Of a stretch of DNA of 64,000 nucleotides, positions 35,690 through 48,300 are shown in pieces. The DNA lies in contig OZ365111.1 of the NCBI GenBank assembly GCA_977030845.1, positions 40,858,001 to 40,922,000 of the forward strand. The letters are read 5' to 3'. The translations under genes and the position numbers were made by a program. Every line of letters begins with the position of its first letter. Position 1 is the first letter of the stretch. A model generated the notes under the pieces. That model was not told where the DNA came from, ran no database searches, and was given only the letters and a program-made list of their open reading frames with translations. The DNA comes from Fimbriosthenelais zetlandica (lineage: Eukaryota).

Positions 35690-35900
35690 AACCTGGAACG
35701 CACTAATCCGATTCTCTATCCGGAGCCATTCGATAGCTGTCCGAAACTATATTTCTGTTCAAACCAAATGCTTGTAATTTGAACAGTCCTTTACACATAG
35801 GTAAGGCTAACCACTGACAAAATTTTAATCTTTAGATGTCATTAGAAGTAGGGTATCGGATGGCGACGGATTGGAGAATCGCATTAGTGTATTCCGGGCT
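35690..35900. mobile_element. MITE copy 2 (211 bp)
   Basis: TIRs AACCTGGAACGCACTAATCCGATTCTC... / ...GAGAATCGCATTAGTGTATTCCGGGCT; flanks TAT/TAT; core AGCTGTCCGAAACTATATTTCT...TGCTTGTAATTTGAACAGT shared with copy 1. Confidence 0.8.
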
Positions 35901-38900
35901 TATCAAGGTAAATGTCAATCAATACAATCAGTTCTCATGTAAAAGCACTATGACCTTCAGCTGGATGCTCACAATGAACAATGTCCACATCAAAGGCTTG
36001 GCGATATGAATGGATCATTTCACCGCTTTCCAACAGTCACATTTTGAGGTCATAAACTCAGCAGTTGGCCACTATTGTACAACTGTTAGTTCCTCCATTG
36101 GCCTTTTTACATACAAATACATGGGTGGCAGCAGGGGGGGGGGGGGGGAACTTGTCCCTTGTTGCCTACTAGTGCCAGAACGTGTATACAATGCACAGGT
36201 CGCTGGCCCTTCAAGCATACACCAGTTTGTTGTCCTTCCACTGAAGGCCCTCTTGAGGGTTCAAAAGGCCATGCATGTAGGCACTTGCATTCATCAAGAC
36301 AGTCACGCTAGAGGCCAGTGCTAATGGATTATTTGAGCCACGTGATGGCCTAACACGGCTATATCGGCCTACTCCATAGATTACCCCTTAGCCCGTTGTG
36401 GCATACACAACCCGGCAAAACTGCTCCTTAATCTGTCACTTGGGGCAAAACCCAGGGTTGGGCTATCGCAATCTCTCCCTCTATACAATCTGGATTTGGG
36501 GGAGAGATTATAAGGATAAAGTGATTTTCTGTTTGTATAAACAGGGAATCTTGTTGATGGCCCACATTTCCACTCCTTTCTGGAAGTTATCAAGAGTCAC
36601 AGGGGCTTTTATGTTTTTGCAATTTAGTTTCTGGACATTGTGCATTAGTATGGATGGGAGGAATGGGGGGAATCAATAGGAGGTCGCTATATATAAGCCG
36701 CAGTCTTCTATAGGTGTTGGCTATAAGACAATTACCACAACCATTCATCTTAAAGTGCTCCAAGCTCTATATACTCAGGAAGAGTGGTGTTAAATTGGTC
36801 ATAATGGCAGGCATATAAATCCTAGCAAGCTAGTTATGGCAAAACACAATCTCGACCATTACGCTGCAGTGAGCTTTTTCATCGCGTTTACAAAAGGGAC
36901 CATGAGATATAAGGGACTATTTTCTCCCCTGGACTTACTCCAATCTCTCCAATGATTTTCCACATAGTTTCCCCAGTATTTTCAGCTCAAAATCAATTAT
37001 TGGGAAACTGCTGTCGGTGGAAATTGGTCCATGGCTAAGTTCTTTCCCCATATGCAACATACGTTATGTGGAGAACATTTCTGGCCGTAATAAATGTAAA
37101 ATAATTCTAAAATAATCTAGTTATCTGCATGTGCCTTACCACATGTACACGCTTACATGATGGCTATTCCCCTGCTTAAATGCTAACTGCAAGCAAAACA
37201 TGTAAAATAATCGCTTCGTATACATATAACCCTAAGGTTGTAAAAATGTAACAAATATGATAAAAAATAAGGTAAACCTACGTATACATGTTTAACGAGA
37301 CTGGATGGATATTATCTCTCAATATTTTGTTGGTACAAGCTTTACATTACAAACATGCGGACCATTCCCCTGATTAAATGCCAACCGCCCGCAAAGCGTG
37401 TATAAGAATGGCTTTGTATATAAACCCAAGCTTGGCATTCGTGCTATCACATTAGCGAATGATGAAGGACAAGAGAGGGAAATCAGACTATTGTAGGCAT
37501 GTCTGCTGCTGGTTACTGCCTTTCCCACGGCCTTCTACCCCCAGGTATTCTATGGGAGTGAAACCAATATTGGAACAAGAGTTGGGAGGGCGGCCGTCTC
37601 CCTACCCCCCATTTTCCTGCATGACGCCTGTTCCCTACCTCGTGTCGTTTTGGTAGGGTAGTGGCCGTGCTTGGCCATTATCAGGCAAGCCTACAGGCCT
37701 GCTGTCTGCTTTGTACGGGTCTGTAGCTCTTTGTATGCCTTTGAACGGCACACTGACATGCAAGAGAAACAGTCAGAATCCGTTGCAATGCTTATTAAGT
37801 GGAAGCGAGCTGGGAATTGGGGTTATAGCTGCTGCGGTAATCCACCTACGCAACTATAGTATAAGCAATGTCTATATTGAACATGGAAATGTGCCTGGAC
37901 TATCAAAAGCGGCCATTTTAAAAAGAGTCCACAATCACATCCCAAATAATGTCGCTCAGAAGCAAGGCCATACAAACATTAGGATGCTAATGCTGATCTG
38001 TGTGTGTGCTAAACGTTTGAGGCAAACTGAAGTCTTTGTAAGCGGACGCAACACTATTTTACCAATGAAGGTAATGGCTGATTTTTGTAGCCATAACAGA
38101 CCGCAGGAGCATTGCTGAACCGGTCATATATAGCTTATATATATCCGAGGCCAAATGCTCTGGGGGTATACTGAAGGAAATATCACAAGCGCTGGGGAGC
38201 AATCGTGCCGCCCGGAATGACTTAGAAGGCGGGAGCTAATGAGGCCCCCTGACCAGCAAGGAGATCCCATTTCCTGGACTTGCAGGCAGGTCCAGATTGT
38301 CGGGTTATGTCAGATATGGGAGTCTGGTGCCTGTAGTTAACAGCCTCCAGCATTGAGCTGGAGGTATCCATCAGCATCTGGAGGTATACAGTAGGGAGAG
38401 GCAGGCTATATGTGGAAAGCCAAAAGTGTGCTTTTGGAACTTCACCATAACATACCAAGAAATCATTTTTTTCACTTTTCTGTACAGACAACCCTCTCCC
38501 ACAATTTCTATTGAAGTGAAGGGGTTCTTGTAAATATTTTTTTTCTTCTTCTTTGTATGTGCAATTTCCATGCGAATAAATGAACTTCAAACAAACTCTT
38601 TCGAGATTGGAGCCAGTCAATCCATTTTACACTTCAAACACGTTCTGGCCATTTTGAACCAATAAGTGCTTTTATTTTGGATCGAAACCTCCAAAAGGCT
38701 ATGAAAAACCCACACATACAACCACACCTATTTTTTTTGCAGCAGTACGATGGGAAACAGAGCAATTGGGTTGGCCTTGACAGACATCTGTTATGATAGT
38801 TGTGAGGGTGGAGGGTGGAGGTAACGAGCGTGGGGAGTTGGTGAGATTGATCGCCCCTGTTTGTATTCATAATTGGGCCTCAGTGAAGTGGGAAAATGTA

Positions 38901-40289
38901 GCTGCATGCATCAGGGGCTCGCTCCAGTCGATCGCCTCACCCGGCTACAGCCACCCGCTGCTTTACTACACCTAGTATATATGTACTATACCGGCCGGAA
39001 CAAGTGAGTGGAATACTTATGTTCTAATCCTGATAGGTCTCAAGATGGATGCGATCTAGACATGAAAGCAATAGGAGAAATATATATGAAACTGGACAGG
39101 AACGAACCTAGCCAGCCTGTACAATATACAAGTAGGACAACTGCAATCTGGATTTTCCGTCAATTCTTTTAGCAAACTCTATATATAATGTCTTTTATAG
39201 ATCCAGGTATCTGTTTTCCATGTGTAAGACTTATAGCTCGATTAAAGCTCAAATTGAAGGATAAAGTCTTCAGTCTTCCTAACAGGCTCCGCGGCATTGA
39301 AATCCTCAAGTCTATTTTTATCTATGATAAATGCAATGCTCACAGCTACATGCCACTGATGCCAATATCCAATTAACTGGGCATACTCATTGGAATTATG
39401 GCGTGCCGAACAGGAGAACAGTGGCCCAAGGCAAACATATCAATCAAGAGAAGCTCTGGAGAGAAAAAAAAAGATGTAATTATGTAGGTATTATTGACCC
39501 ACTCAATGTTGGGAGTTCAGTTATTGCATTGAGATGTGGACAGAGAGGCATCGCGGGAACAATAGCCCTTCATTGATGGCTGTGGTAAGTGTGCGGCTTC
39601 TCATGACAAGAACCTATCAATGAACAAAGGGTCCCTTTTGGTATTCTTTTTCATTTCCCAAGACAACAAGAAGGAAATCAACATCTGTCATGACGAGTGT
39701 TACCACTAAATACAGAAGAGCATGAAAGAGTAGGAGTAGGACTTGCAGGTAATGACACTAGTGGGAACTATAGCTGGGTACATGGAAGAGAGAGACCAGG
39801 TCAAGTGTCGCTAGATGAATGGATACACAGGTAAGTGGAGGCAAGGAATGAGGGAATGAAGAAGTAATGGATAGGATGGATGGATGCGGAAGGATCAAAG
39901 AATGAAGGGAATAGGGAAGAAAGAGGAGGATTTAAAGAGTGGTGCTGAAGAAGCCTAAAGGGAAAAATAAGAAGGGAAATCATCGCAAAATGAAGCAAGG
40001 AATAAAGGACGAGAATTAACAAGGTCTGAGATGAAAGTATATTGAAAAAGATAAATATAGCGTTATGAAACAGGGCAAGAAAAGATTATCAGATGTAGAT
40101 AAAAACTGCATGACCGAAGTAAAAAAAAAAACCAGAAAAAAACACACCAGGGTCCTGTATAAAGTTCTGACCTCCAGCTGTCTGATTCTCGGTGATATGA
40201 AGCTTATAAGAGTTCGGTTTGTCAGGTGGATGGTGTTTGAACACCCATGTCTGGCAGACCGGCTTGGAGAAGACAAACGACCGGCCTAA

Positions 40290-40420
40290 TAGTGGCGGAC
40301 AGGTCCAACACGCCTGCGCAGCCCCCCAGTGCCTCGTTCTCGTGTGCTGGACCTGACACGTGACATGACAGGTCACGTGAGGCCCAACGACCAATGAGCG
40401 CCCTTGACACGTCTTCCCCG
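40290..40420. promoter_or_regulatory. Candidate intronic promoter/enhancer (two CACGTG E-boxes, NRF1-like, CCAAT)
   Basis: CGCCTGCGCA 40311-40320, CACGTG 40357-40362 and 40374-40379 (GTCACGTGA context), CCAAT 40391-40395; GC-rich against an AT/purine-rich background. Confidence 0.4.
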
Positions 40421-42314
40421 CAAGATTCAACACTAGGAGGATCCCCGACCTTTTCTGTAGACAGCATCTAAGTGTTTATCTTCCCCTTCTATCGACAACT
40501 CCCATTCGTGGCAGAAAATAGCAGGGGGATTCCATACGGATTAAGCTGACTTTCATTTTGTACCAAACAATGCTCACCAAACTAGTAAAAATGAAATTTA
40601 AAGTGAAAGCCCAGGTCATTCTGTCCTTCCTTTAGACTACTTACACTACAGTAGCATATATATATATTCAGGGGAAAAAAATGAGGTTTAAAATTGATAG
40701 AGGAAACCATTAAAACACTGGGCCATCTCAAGAGGCATTCCCATTTCCAACCGGCCAAGACTCATGAGCAGTTTATGGGTGTTTACGCGCTGTTTGCCTG
40801 CGAGACGGGAAGTAAAAAGATGAATGCAAGGGCAGGGCTTCACTGTGATTGGCCCAGTTGACCCACGTGACATGAGTAGCCATTTGTCCTGCTTTGTAGC
40901 TGCACTCCTCATGTAAGTGGCCTAAGACGGAGCTTTTACCACTCACACATTCTTCTCACCACACGATTGGATGGAGGCCTCAAATAAACCATTTAATTCT
41001 AAGGCATAACACTTTGAATCTCGTCAAAGCTTCACTTCTGTGGATCCAACTCCTTCATGCCCAAACTGTGAAAGTGACTTCTTAAGCTATCTATCAGCTT
41101 TTTACTATTCTAAATGGGGGCTATAGTTGGATTACGGCCACCTTACAATGTGTGGGAACGGGTCATATATTCTGAACCGGTAGAAAAGTTTGGATCAACA
41201 AGGGTCTATTTAATAGGTTAAATCGCAAGCAAAAGAGCAGTTTAACGCTGTTGCTCTTTGGCAGGCTGCAAGCAAAGGAGCATCTAGGAAGAGGAGGAGG
41301 GTAAAACGTATAGCATATTGGTGCTGGGTAAATACACACACATACTCAGCACAGGGAATGCAAACAAGCTCTGTTCAATAGGAGCTGTGGAAAAGTCAAT
41401 AACAGCAGCAAAGTTAGAAATAATAGAAAAGAAAACGATGAGCAACTGCCTGCTAGAAAGTCAGAGGTATATTCCAATTAACATCAAGTGTAATGGACAC
41501 TAACATCTCCTATGACCTATATAGGAGACCACCGCTGCTGAATAGGAGTGTCCAGTCGCCTATGTAAAAACTTTGTATCCTTGCTTTTATTGCAAAAGTG
41601 GTAAAAGAAATAAGTGGCTTGTGTACAATGCTTTCAGGCCTGTAGGCCAAATGGCCCTGTGCAACTTTAGACACATTAATGTTAGTGAAAACACATTAAA
41701 TATTTCCACATCGGCATTTGCGGGGACTTTTCAGCAAGTTTCTTCATTGCCTTTGAGATGCATTGTGTTTTTAGGATGAAGGTAATGGCTGACGAAAAAG
41801 ATTGCTGGCAGAGTTGCTGCATGTTTGCTGTGGCTGCTCGTGTATGTAATTATACTGGCGACAGACCAGGGGCGATAGCATCATGGCGATACAAGTCAGG
41901 ATCTACATGTACCATGATCCGGAGGTGAAGGGAAGATGGTAGTGTCTGGTAATTAAGAGTCCATCCATTGGATGGTGGGTCATCGCATAGAGACTACTAT
42001 ACTCAAACAAAGCCCTTGGGGGAGAGTACTGGAGGAAAGGCAAATGTAGCATCATGATGCACGATTGCTTTTAATGATATCAAGCTGGGTTAAATCATCC
42101 TTGTTACGACTTCTCTTCCCCATTCCCACTCCCATAAGTGCACTCGGCTGCAATTCCATGTCACCATTTGGACTCCAATGAATCTTCTATTCACAGAGGA
42201 AATGGTGAGATGAAATGTTTAATGCAGGAACTCTCCTCCCTCCCTTTTGACTTAATTGAAAAGAACGCACCTGAGATTGCGTAGTGTAGCTTTTATGAAA
42301 TGACAGGGACTTAC

Positions 42315-42363
42315 CATTTTGCAGTTTCCTTTGATGTCGTGGGGTGATAACGTATCGTAGCTC
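42315..42363 (-). CDS. EHBP1: EHBP1 49-nt exon, middle of the CH domain (phase 2->0)
   Basis: (V)SYDTLSPHDIKGNCKM bridges the two flanking CH exons in frame. Acceptor ttcctttgcag|, donor |gtaagt. Not in the ORF track in this frame. Confidence 0.95.
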
Positions 42364-45300
42364 CTGCAAAGGAAATCAAATTTAATGATTAAGCGAATAA
42401 AAATGGCACTGAATAGTTATGGCATAACATAAACATACAATATGCATGTGGCTTCTCATGAACCAAAAAGTTTTTTATTGACGTAAAATGCTCTGTATTT
42501 ACTGACCATTAAAAGAAATCAAAATTCCATTAAATCCTAATTGTATTCCGTGTATGAAGTCACAAATATAATTAGGCCTATATATAATTCGTAAAATAAA
42601 GAGGTGAATAGACAGCTGTCCTTGCTTTAAAGGGTTCGTTTACAGGGCAATGACTCGAGAGGCTAAGGAGAAAACACATCTTCAATAAATCTTTGTTAGA
42701 AGGGTGAAGAGAAATGGCGCCACTTTGAGAAAGAAAACGTTACAATAACGATGTATAAGACCCTCTGGGCAACGTGTTTAAACTACCGATAGATCACCAT
42801 GATTCATAGTGCAAGTTTTCATAGGAAGATTTCCAAACAGATTGGAACAATCCCTCAGTATGAACGATCATGCGAGTTGCGTCATATTTCGTAAATCTCT
42901 TCTTTCCCCCCCTGGATAGGCAGATTGGATTTCAGTAAAATTTTATTTGTCCGAGGCAATATTGCCAGATAGTGCAGTTGGAGAAAATGTCAGTGCTTTT
43001 TTTTTAGTAATTGCAGGCTATGCATTAGTGTACTTTTTCTCATTGCTTTGTTGAAATTTCATACACACTATGAGTTTCAATGTGGAGGAATCCATTATAT
43101 GCTACAGACCTCTATGTATTCAGATTCATGGCATAATATAAAACAAACCTGAGCTAGACAGTCGATGATAATTTTTCAAAGCATTTAGTCTACGCTCTTG
43201 CTAAATTACACATACAATGTACATGTATACGCAGTGAATTAAAGACATTCACTAATGTAGAAAACAATGGTTCATTGTGCCAATGAATTGCAAACAGCAA
43301 TTAATAAACAACAATAAATAAAGAATTCTCCCAGAATGAATTTAAGATAACAAGAGTCGATGTATATAGTAACTGGAGGTATAATGGAAGCTTCTAAGCC
43401 TGTGGCTAAATAGGAAGCTAGACGCTTCCATTCTATAATCAGGAATTTGGCAAGCGATTCATCTACATGCATCACTGATCAAATATATGTACAGAAGGCA
43501 GAAGACTTTATGGCGTGATAGGTGGGAGAAGATCGGGTATCTTATATGCTGAATAATGTATGTTATCTTATGGAAAAATAATCGAGGGAGCTTTTAGTAT
43601 CTGCCGTCAAGACCTAGGTCATACCGAAAGTTTATGTAGTCACAATATTGAAGAGGATCTACTTTATATACAAAATACATGTATATTCATAAAACATTAG
43701 AACGCTGCTTTTACTGCCTCTAAAATGACTACTTGTGGCCATTTCGATCCTGAAACTTTTGCATGTCAGATGATATGATTTAAGTCCAATACATTTCAAA
43801 TGCTTGTTTTATGTGGTAGGTAAAATAGCAAGAGTGAATCAGTGGCCAATTCCACTCAACTAAAAATGCTCTCAGCAGTGCACATCCTGCATATATCATT
43901 TGTTCTGTAAAGCATATATTTGCTATATTCCAAAAAGTAATATAGGGACTCCACTAAAACGACCATTGAAACAAAATTGAAACAACATCGATAGAAAGAT
44001 ATATAGATTTTTCTTATCATTTTAATGAAGGCAGTTATCACCTAGCCACTGGGCGGCATTATGGCTTTTCATCTTATCCTTTTATTCCCTTATGAAGCTC
44101 AGGCATAATTGTGTCATTAAGATCCATATTGTAATATTTAAATCTGAGATTTGCAAATGGCGGCATAAAAGCCTTACAATTATAAAGTACATCTGTCTGG
44201 GGAGAGACAGAGACAAGTGGCACATCTGTTCTCCTGTTCAGCAATGCAGCAGCCATGAGGAAGCACCTCCATGGTGACAGCACCAATCATTTCCCAGGCA
44301 ATAACTGCCATCGGCAGGACATTTGCACAGAATCAGCAGCCGACTGGCCACAATATTTGATGTCTTTATCACGCATAGTCTAATGTGGCAGGAGCCTATC
44401 ATCAAATGACTTTCACTTAACCTTCAGAATCACAGATTGGTGCTAACAAGAGCATGCGGTAGTAATCAACCGCCCACCGCTCCGATAACACCGTGGCCAA
44501 GTCCCCCAGATGACTCTCCCTGACGTTGATGCCTGTCTCGCAGGGCCCGGAATCATCAAATAAATAGTTATTAGCTCAGAGGCAATGGCCCCCAAGCCGG
44601 CCTCATCGATATGGCCCCAAGTGGCACTGCTGTGAGCTTGTCGCCCGGAATCATCTATCAAGCCTTGATAGGACGATTGCTGCAGCATGTTGTCTTTTGC
44701 CACCTTGGTGCGGAGTTTGCTACACATTGATACTTGTTCAAGACATTCATATACCCACAATTTTTGCTGCAGCATTGCCGATCTTAAAAGATGGGGAGAT
44801 ATCGTTCAAGACCATTGTTTTGTTTTTTTCATTTTTTCGTTTTTTCAACACCACCCTCGGATAAAAAGGCAAACGTTGCCATGATATGAAACTATATGAA
44901 AATGGCCTCAAGAGAAGTAAAAACCTTTAAGGATATAAGGTCATGATATAAGGTCAAAATGACAGCAGCTTGCCCTGCTATATAAACTCTCTCAGTGCAA
45001 TAGGTCGGGGGAGAAAAGCCAAACGCTTACAGAGACAATTTACTGAGGCTTTCCTCAGAATGGCTGCCGTGCTGCAGATGGAGAACACTGTTGGAGAAGA
45101 CACATAAAGAAGCCAGACTGGAGAAAAGAAATTTCAGAAGGGCTTCCTCGATGTGGCATCTAAAGGTTACGGGGAGGAAGAGATGCTAATTCTTTAAAAA
45201 TTGAGCTCTAGGACTAGAATCTAGAAACAGGGCAAAATGCCAGATCCGATACAATACTGCACGAGATTCAACAGTAATCGAAAACAGTAATCGAATCTGT

Positions 45301-48300
45301 AGTCAGATAATGCATGCCCTTTCTTGTCCTTCAAAAGTATGTTTTTCAGTGGATATTTCCTCTAAATTCAACCGAATGAAAAATCACGGGGAAAAGATCA
45401 ACATCCTATATATCCAATTTACTTCCTTTCCTCAAGACACGAGAACAAAAGTTTCCAGATTAATGGAAAAGAACACACATAAAACGTTTGTGGTAATTAC
45501 AATTAAAAATTGATATTCTAATCAATTGCTGCCGTTTCACTTCAGAGTGGTGAGACTGGCACATTAGGCCAGGCCATACTTGGCAATTGATATTTATGGT
45601 AGAGACCAAGCGGTGTAGCGTTTATCAAGGGAAGGCCTGTTGGCTTGGGCAGGCAGGAGCTCTTAAAGCAACATTCGTATTCATTGAGATGATCAGGTCT
45701 GCAAACTCAGCTAGCTTTCTCATTCCAACATTTTTCCATGCATAAATCTAGTCCAATCAACCAGAATTTCAACCGATTCCAGATCTATGGATTGGCGAAC
45801 ATTTAAAGACACTGAGGGTGTATTTCCTGCAAGACAAACAATCAAGAAAGAGTCTAGAAATGAAACGTTCGAACCAATAAAGATAGCGGAATGAGGGAGC
45901 TGTGGAATCAGTTCAATTTGCAGCTGCGGTAAAAAACTTCATTAAGGCTAGCAGTGCCAAATGTTGAAGATGTACGAGTATTCCAACGAAAAATCATCGT
46001 ATTTAGACTACTGTCACATCAATCAAAAGTGGCCAGTTCATATAGAATGCCAATACTGGCTGTATAGATAGTATAGGAGAATATAGTAGCCGGACGCAAT
46101 CTAAAAGAAATATAGATGGATGGCTTGTGTTAAGTAAGCTGGCCTTCAACTGCCATTCACAATTAAAAACCTATTGGCTCAGCTGGTGTCTGGACATTTG
46201 ACTATGAGCAAGTAGACCATCCTGCCCGGTGGCTGGACAGGTCCGGCAAGCTTAGTGGTCATTCCTGGAATGCCGCTTACTGGCAGCATACATATGGTGT
46301 AGCAGCCTCCCCTCATGTGGCCACCATTGCTGGGCTCGTGCAGGCCAAACAAGTGCCTTGACTACTAACTACCGTTGGTGCTACCATAACTTAGTCTGGA
46401 TCACTATACGATGGCTACCAGTCATTGCTGACCACGATGGAAGGGGCTGAAAAAACCCCCGTGGACAAGATTGGGTCAGTGTATCTGCTCAACACAGGTC
46501 ACATTGAGACCAATAGAGGCTCCCTGGCCACCATGGCCTCTGGTCCGAGGAGACCGAAACGTGACTCCGTCATTTAAGAAAAGGCAGTATATTAGCAGGC
46601 AGTTCTGCTGGTAGACGGAGACCATACTTGTATACTGAATTAGGGTATATGGGTGAGTTGGAAGAGATGATAAAAGGGAGTGGAGGTCTCCTCCTGCAGG
46701 CTGATTGCTATTCCACCAACCAAATATAGCAGAGGCGAGTAAATACCACTGACTGCTCCAATATATTATAGGTGCTGATCATAAGGGTTTTCCTTATATT
46801 GTTTGGGAGAAGTTTTTCTCATCTCTTGCATGACTTATATATGAGAATAAAGAAATTAATAAGAAAAAAAAATGTTTTCCTTGTATTGCTTTAAAAAAAG
46901 TTCAATTTGTGATGGGAACAAAGGGCACTATCAGACACCAAAATCGAGCTTCTTTATCGTTTCCATCTCCACATAACATTCAAATTTGAAGCCCCGAGAT
47001 AAACAAGCCATTTCGAATGGACTCTCGGAGAACAATAGCGCGTCACATTGTGGCCTGGCAAAGATCAGCTGAGCTATACGAGCAAAAGGATATGCCACTC
47101 CAGAGAGCCGTGACCTTTAAGACGTGGGCTGTGACATTTTCAAAGGATGTACTTCTAGATGAGGTCTGAGACTTGGGGTCATTGGTAGGAGACAGCTTGG
47201 GGAATATCAATAGCCTGGATACACATTCTTATTCCACCAGTACTACCTCCATCCTGGAATAGGAACTTATCATTTCAACAATCATGATATGTCCTGCCAG
47301 CGGAAAATCCAATGTAATTGAGCTACAACGAAGGAAATCCATCAAATTTTAAAGACGGAAGCAAAATGGATTCCAAGCCGTGTCTGCTCTATCATGGTAT
47401 ACATAGGAAATTACCTTCGTAGACATACAAAGTCTAATTCTCATATGTTTTAGCCTACCTAAAAGATAAATTTCTAAGCTTAAGAAGGAATACATGAGCG
47501 TACAAAAATAGCTTTTGTTCTTTCGCTACAGATTTCCTCCCGTAGCTAAATAAGCAGGAGAATGAGGTATTTAGCTGTCACATTCCCTCCTATTTAGATA
47601 AAGGGTAATGAGGAGTCAAATTCTGCTAGCGGAAACTTGTCCATCTAATAATTCCTCGCATAAATGATAGATCTTTATTGACTGAAGCAAAGCCCATGCC
47701 ATTTGCAGCGCTGGCAGACAGTGTCATTTTCCCCATCATAGCCTGCCCAGCCAGCGGCACCTAGATTGTAATTAAAGGTATCAGCTCCACTCCATAAGTG
47801 TTTCTCACCTACAAGTGTTGCCGGGCGATGATTAAATTATGGGAGCTGGTAAGTTCCACTCTAATGATCCAATCAAAAACACATCACTGCCAATCAGCCA
47901 TGGTGAGGAATGGCAAGAAGGCTGGGCCTATTGCTTCACAGCCTGTCCTTAGATTGGATTCCTCAAAGTGGAATATCTTGCTTTTCTTCCATGCTTATAG
48001 TTTGCCTGGTTGCAATGGCATAGATTAGATAAATGACAATTTAAACGAAGCAATCAATGGATGTCCCATGCAAAGAAGAATGTGTCTTTTGAGGAGGAAG
48101 TGCTTCCATGTAATTCATCAGTTACTGCCTCCAGAATGGAGCCAGACGCTGTAAATTCTCCCATTGCTCAAGTCCCATTCAGGAATTGCAGCATTTGTGC
48201 TTGACATTGGCGGTAATATTCATCGAGGCGAAAAAAGCAAACATTCATATCCCAACTCGTCATATTGACCTATCTGTTTAATTCAATCAGTACCCTGCTG

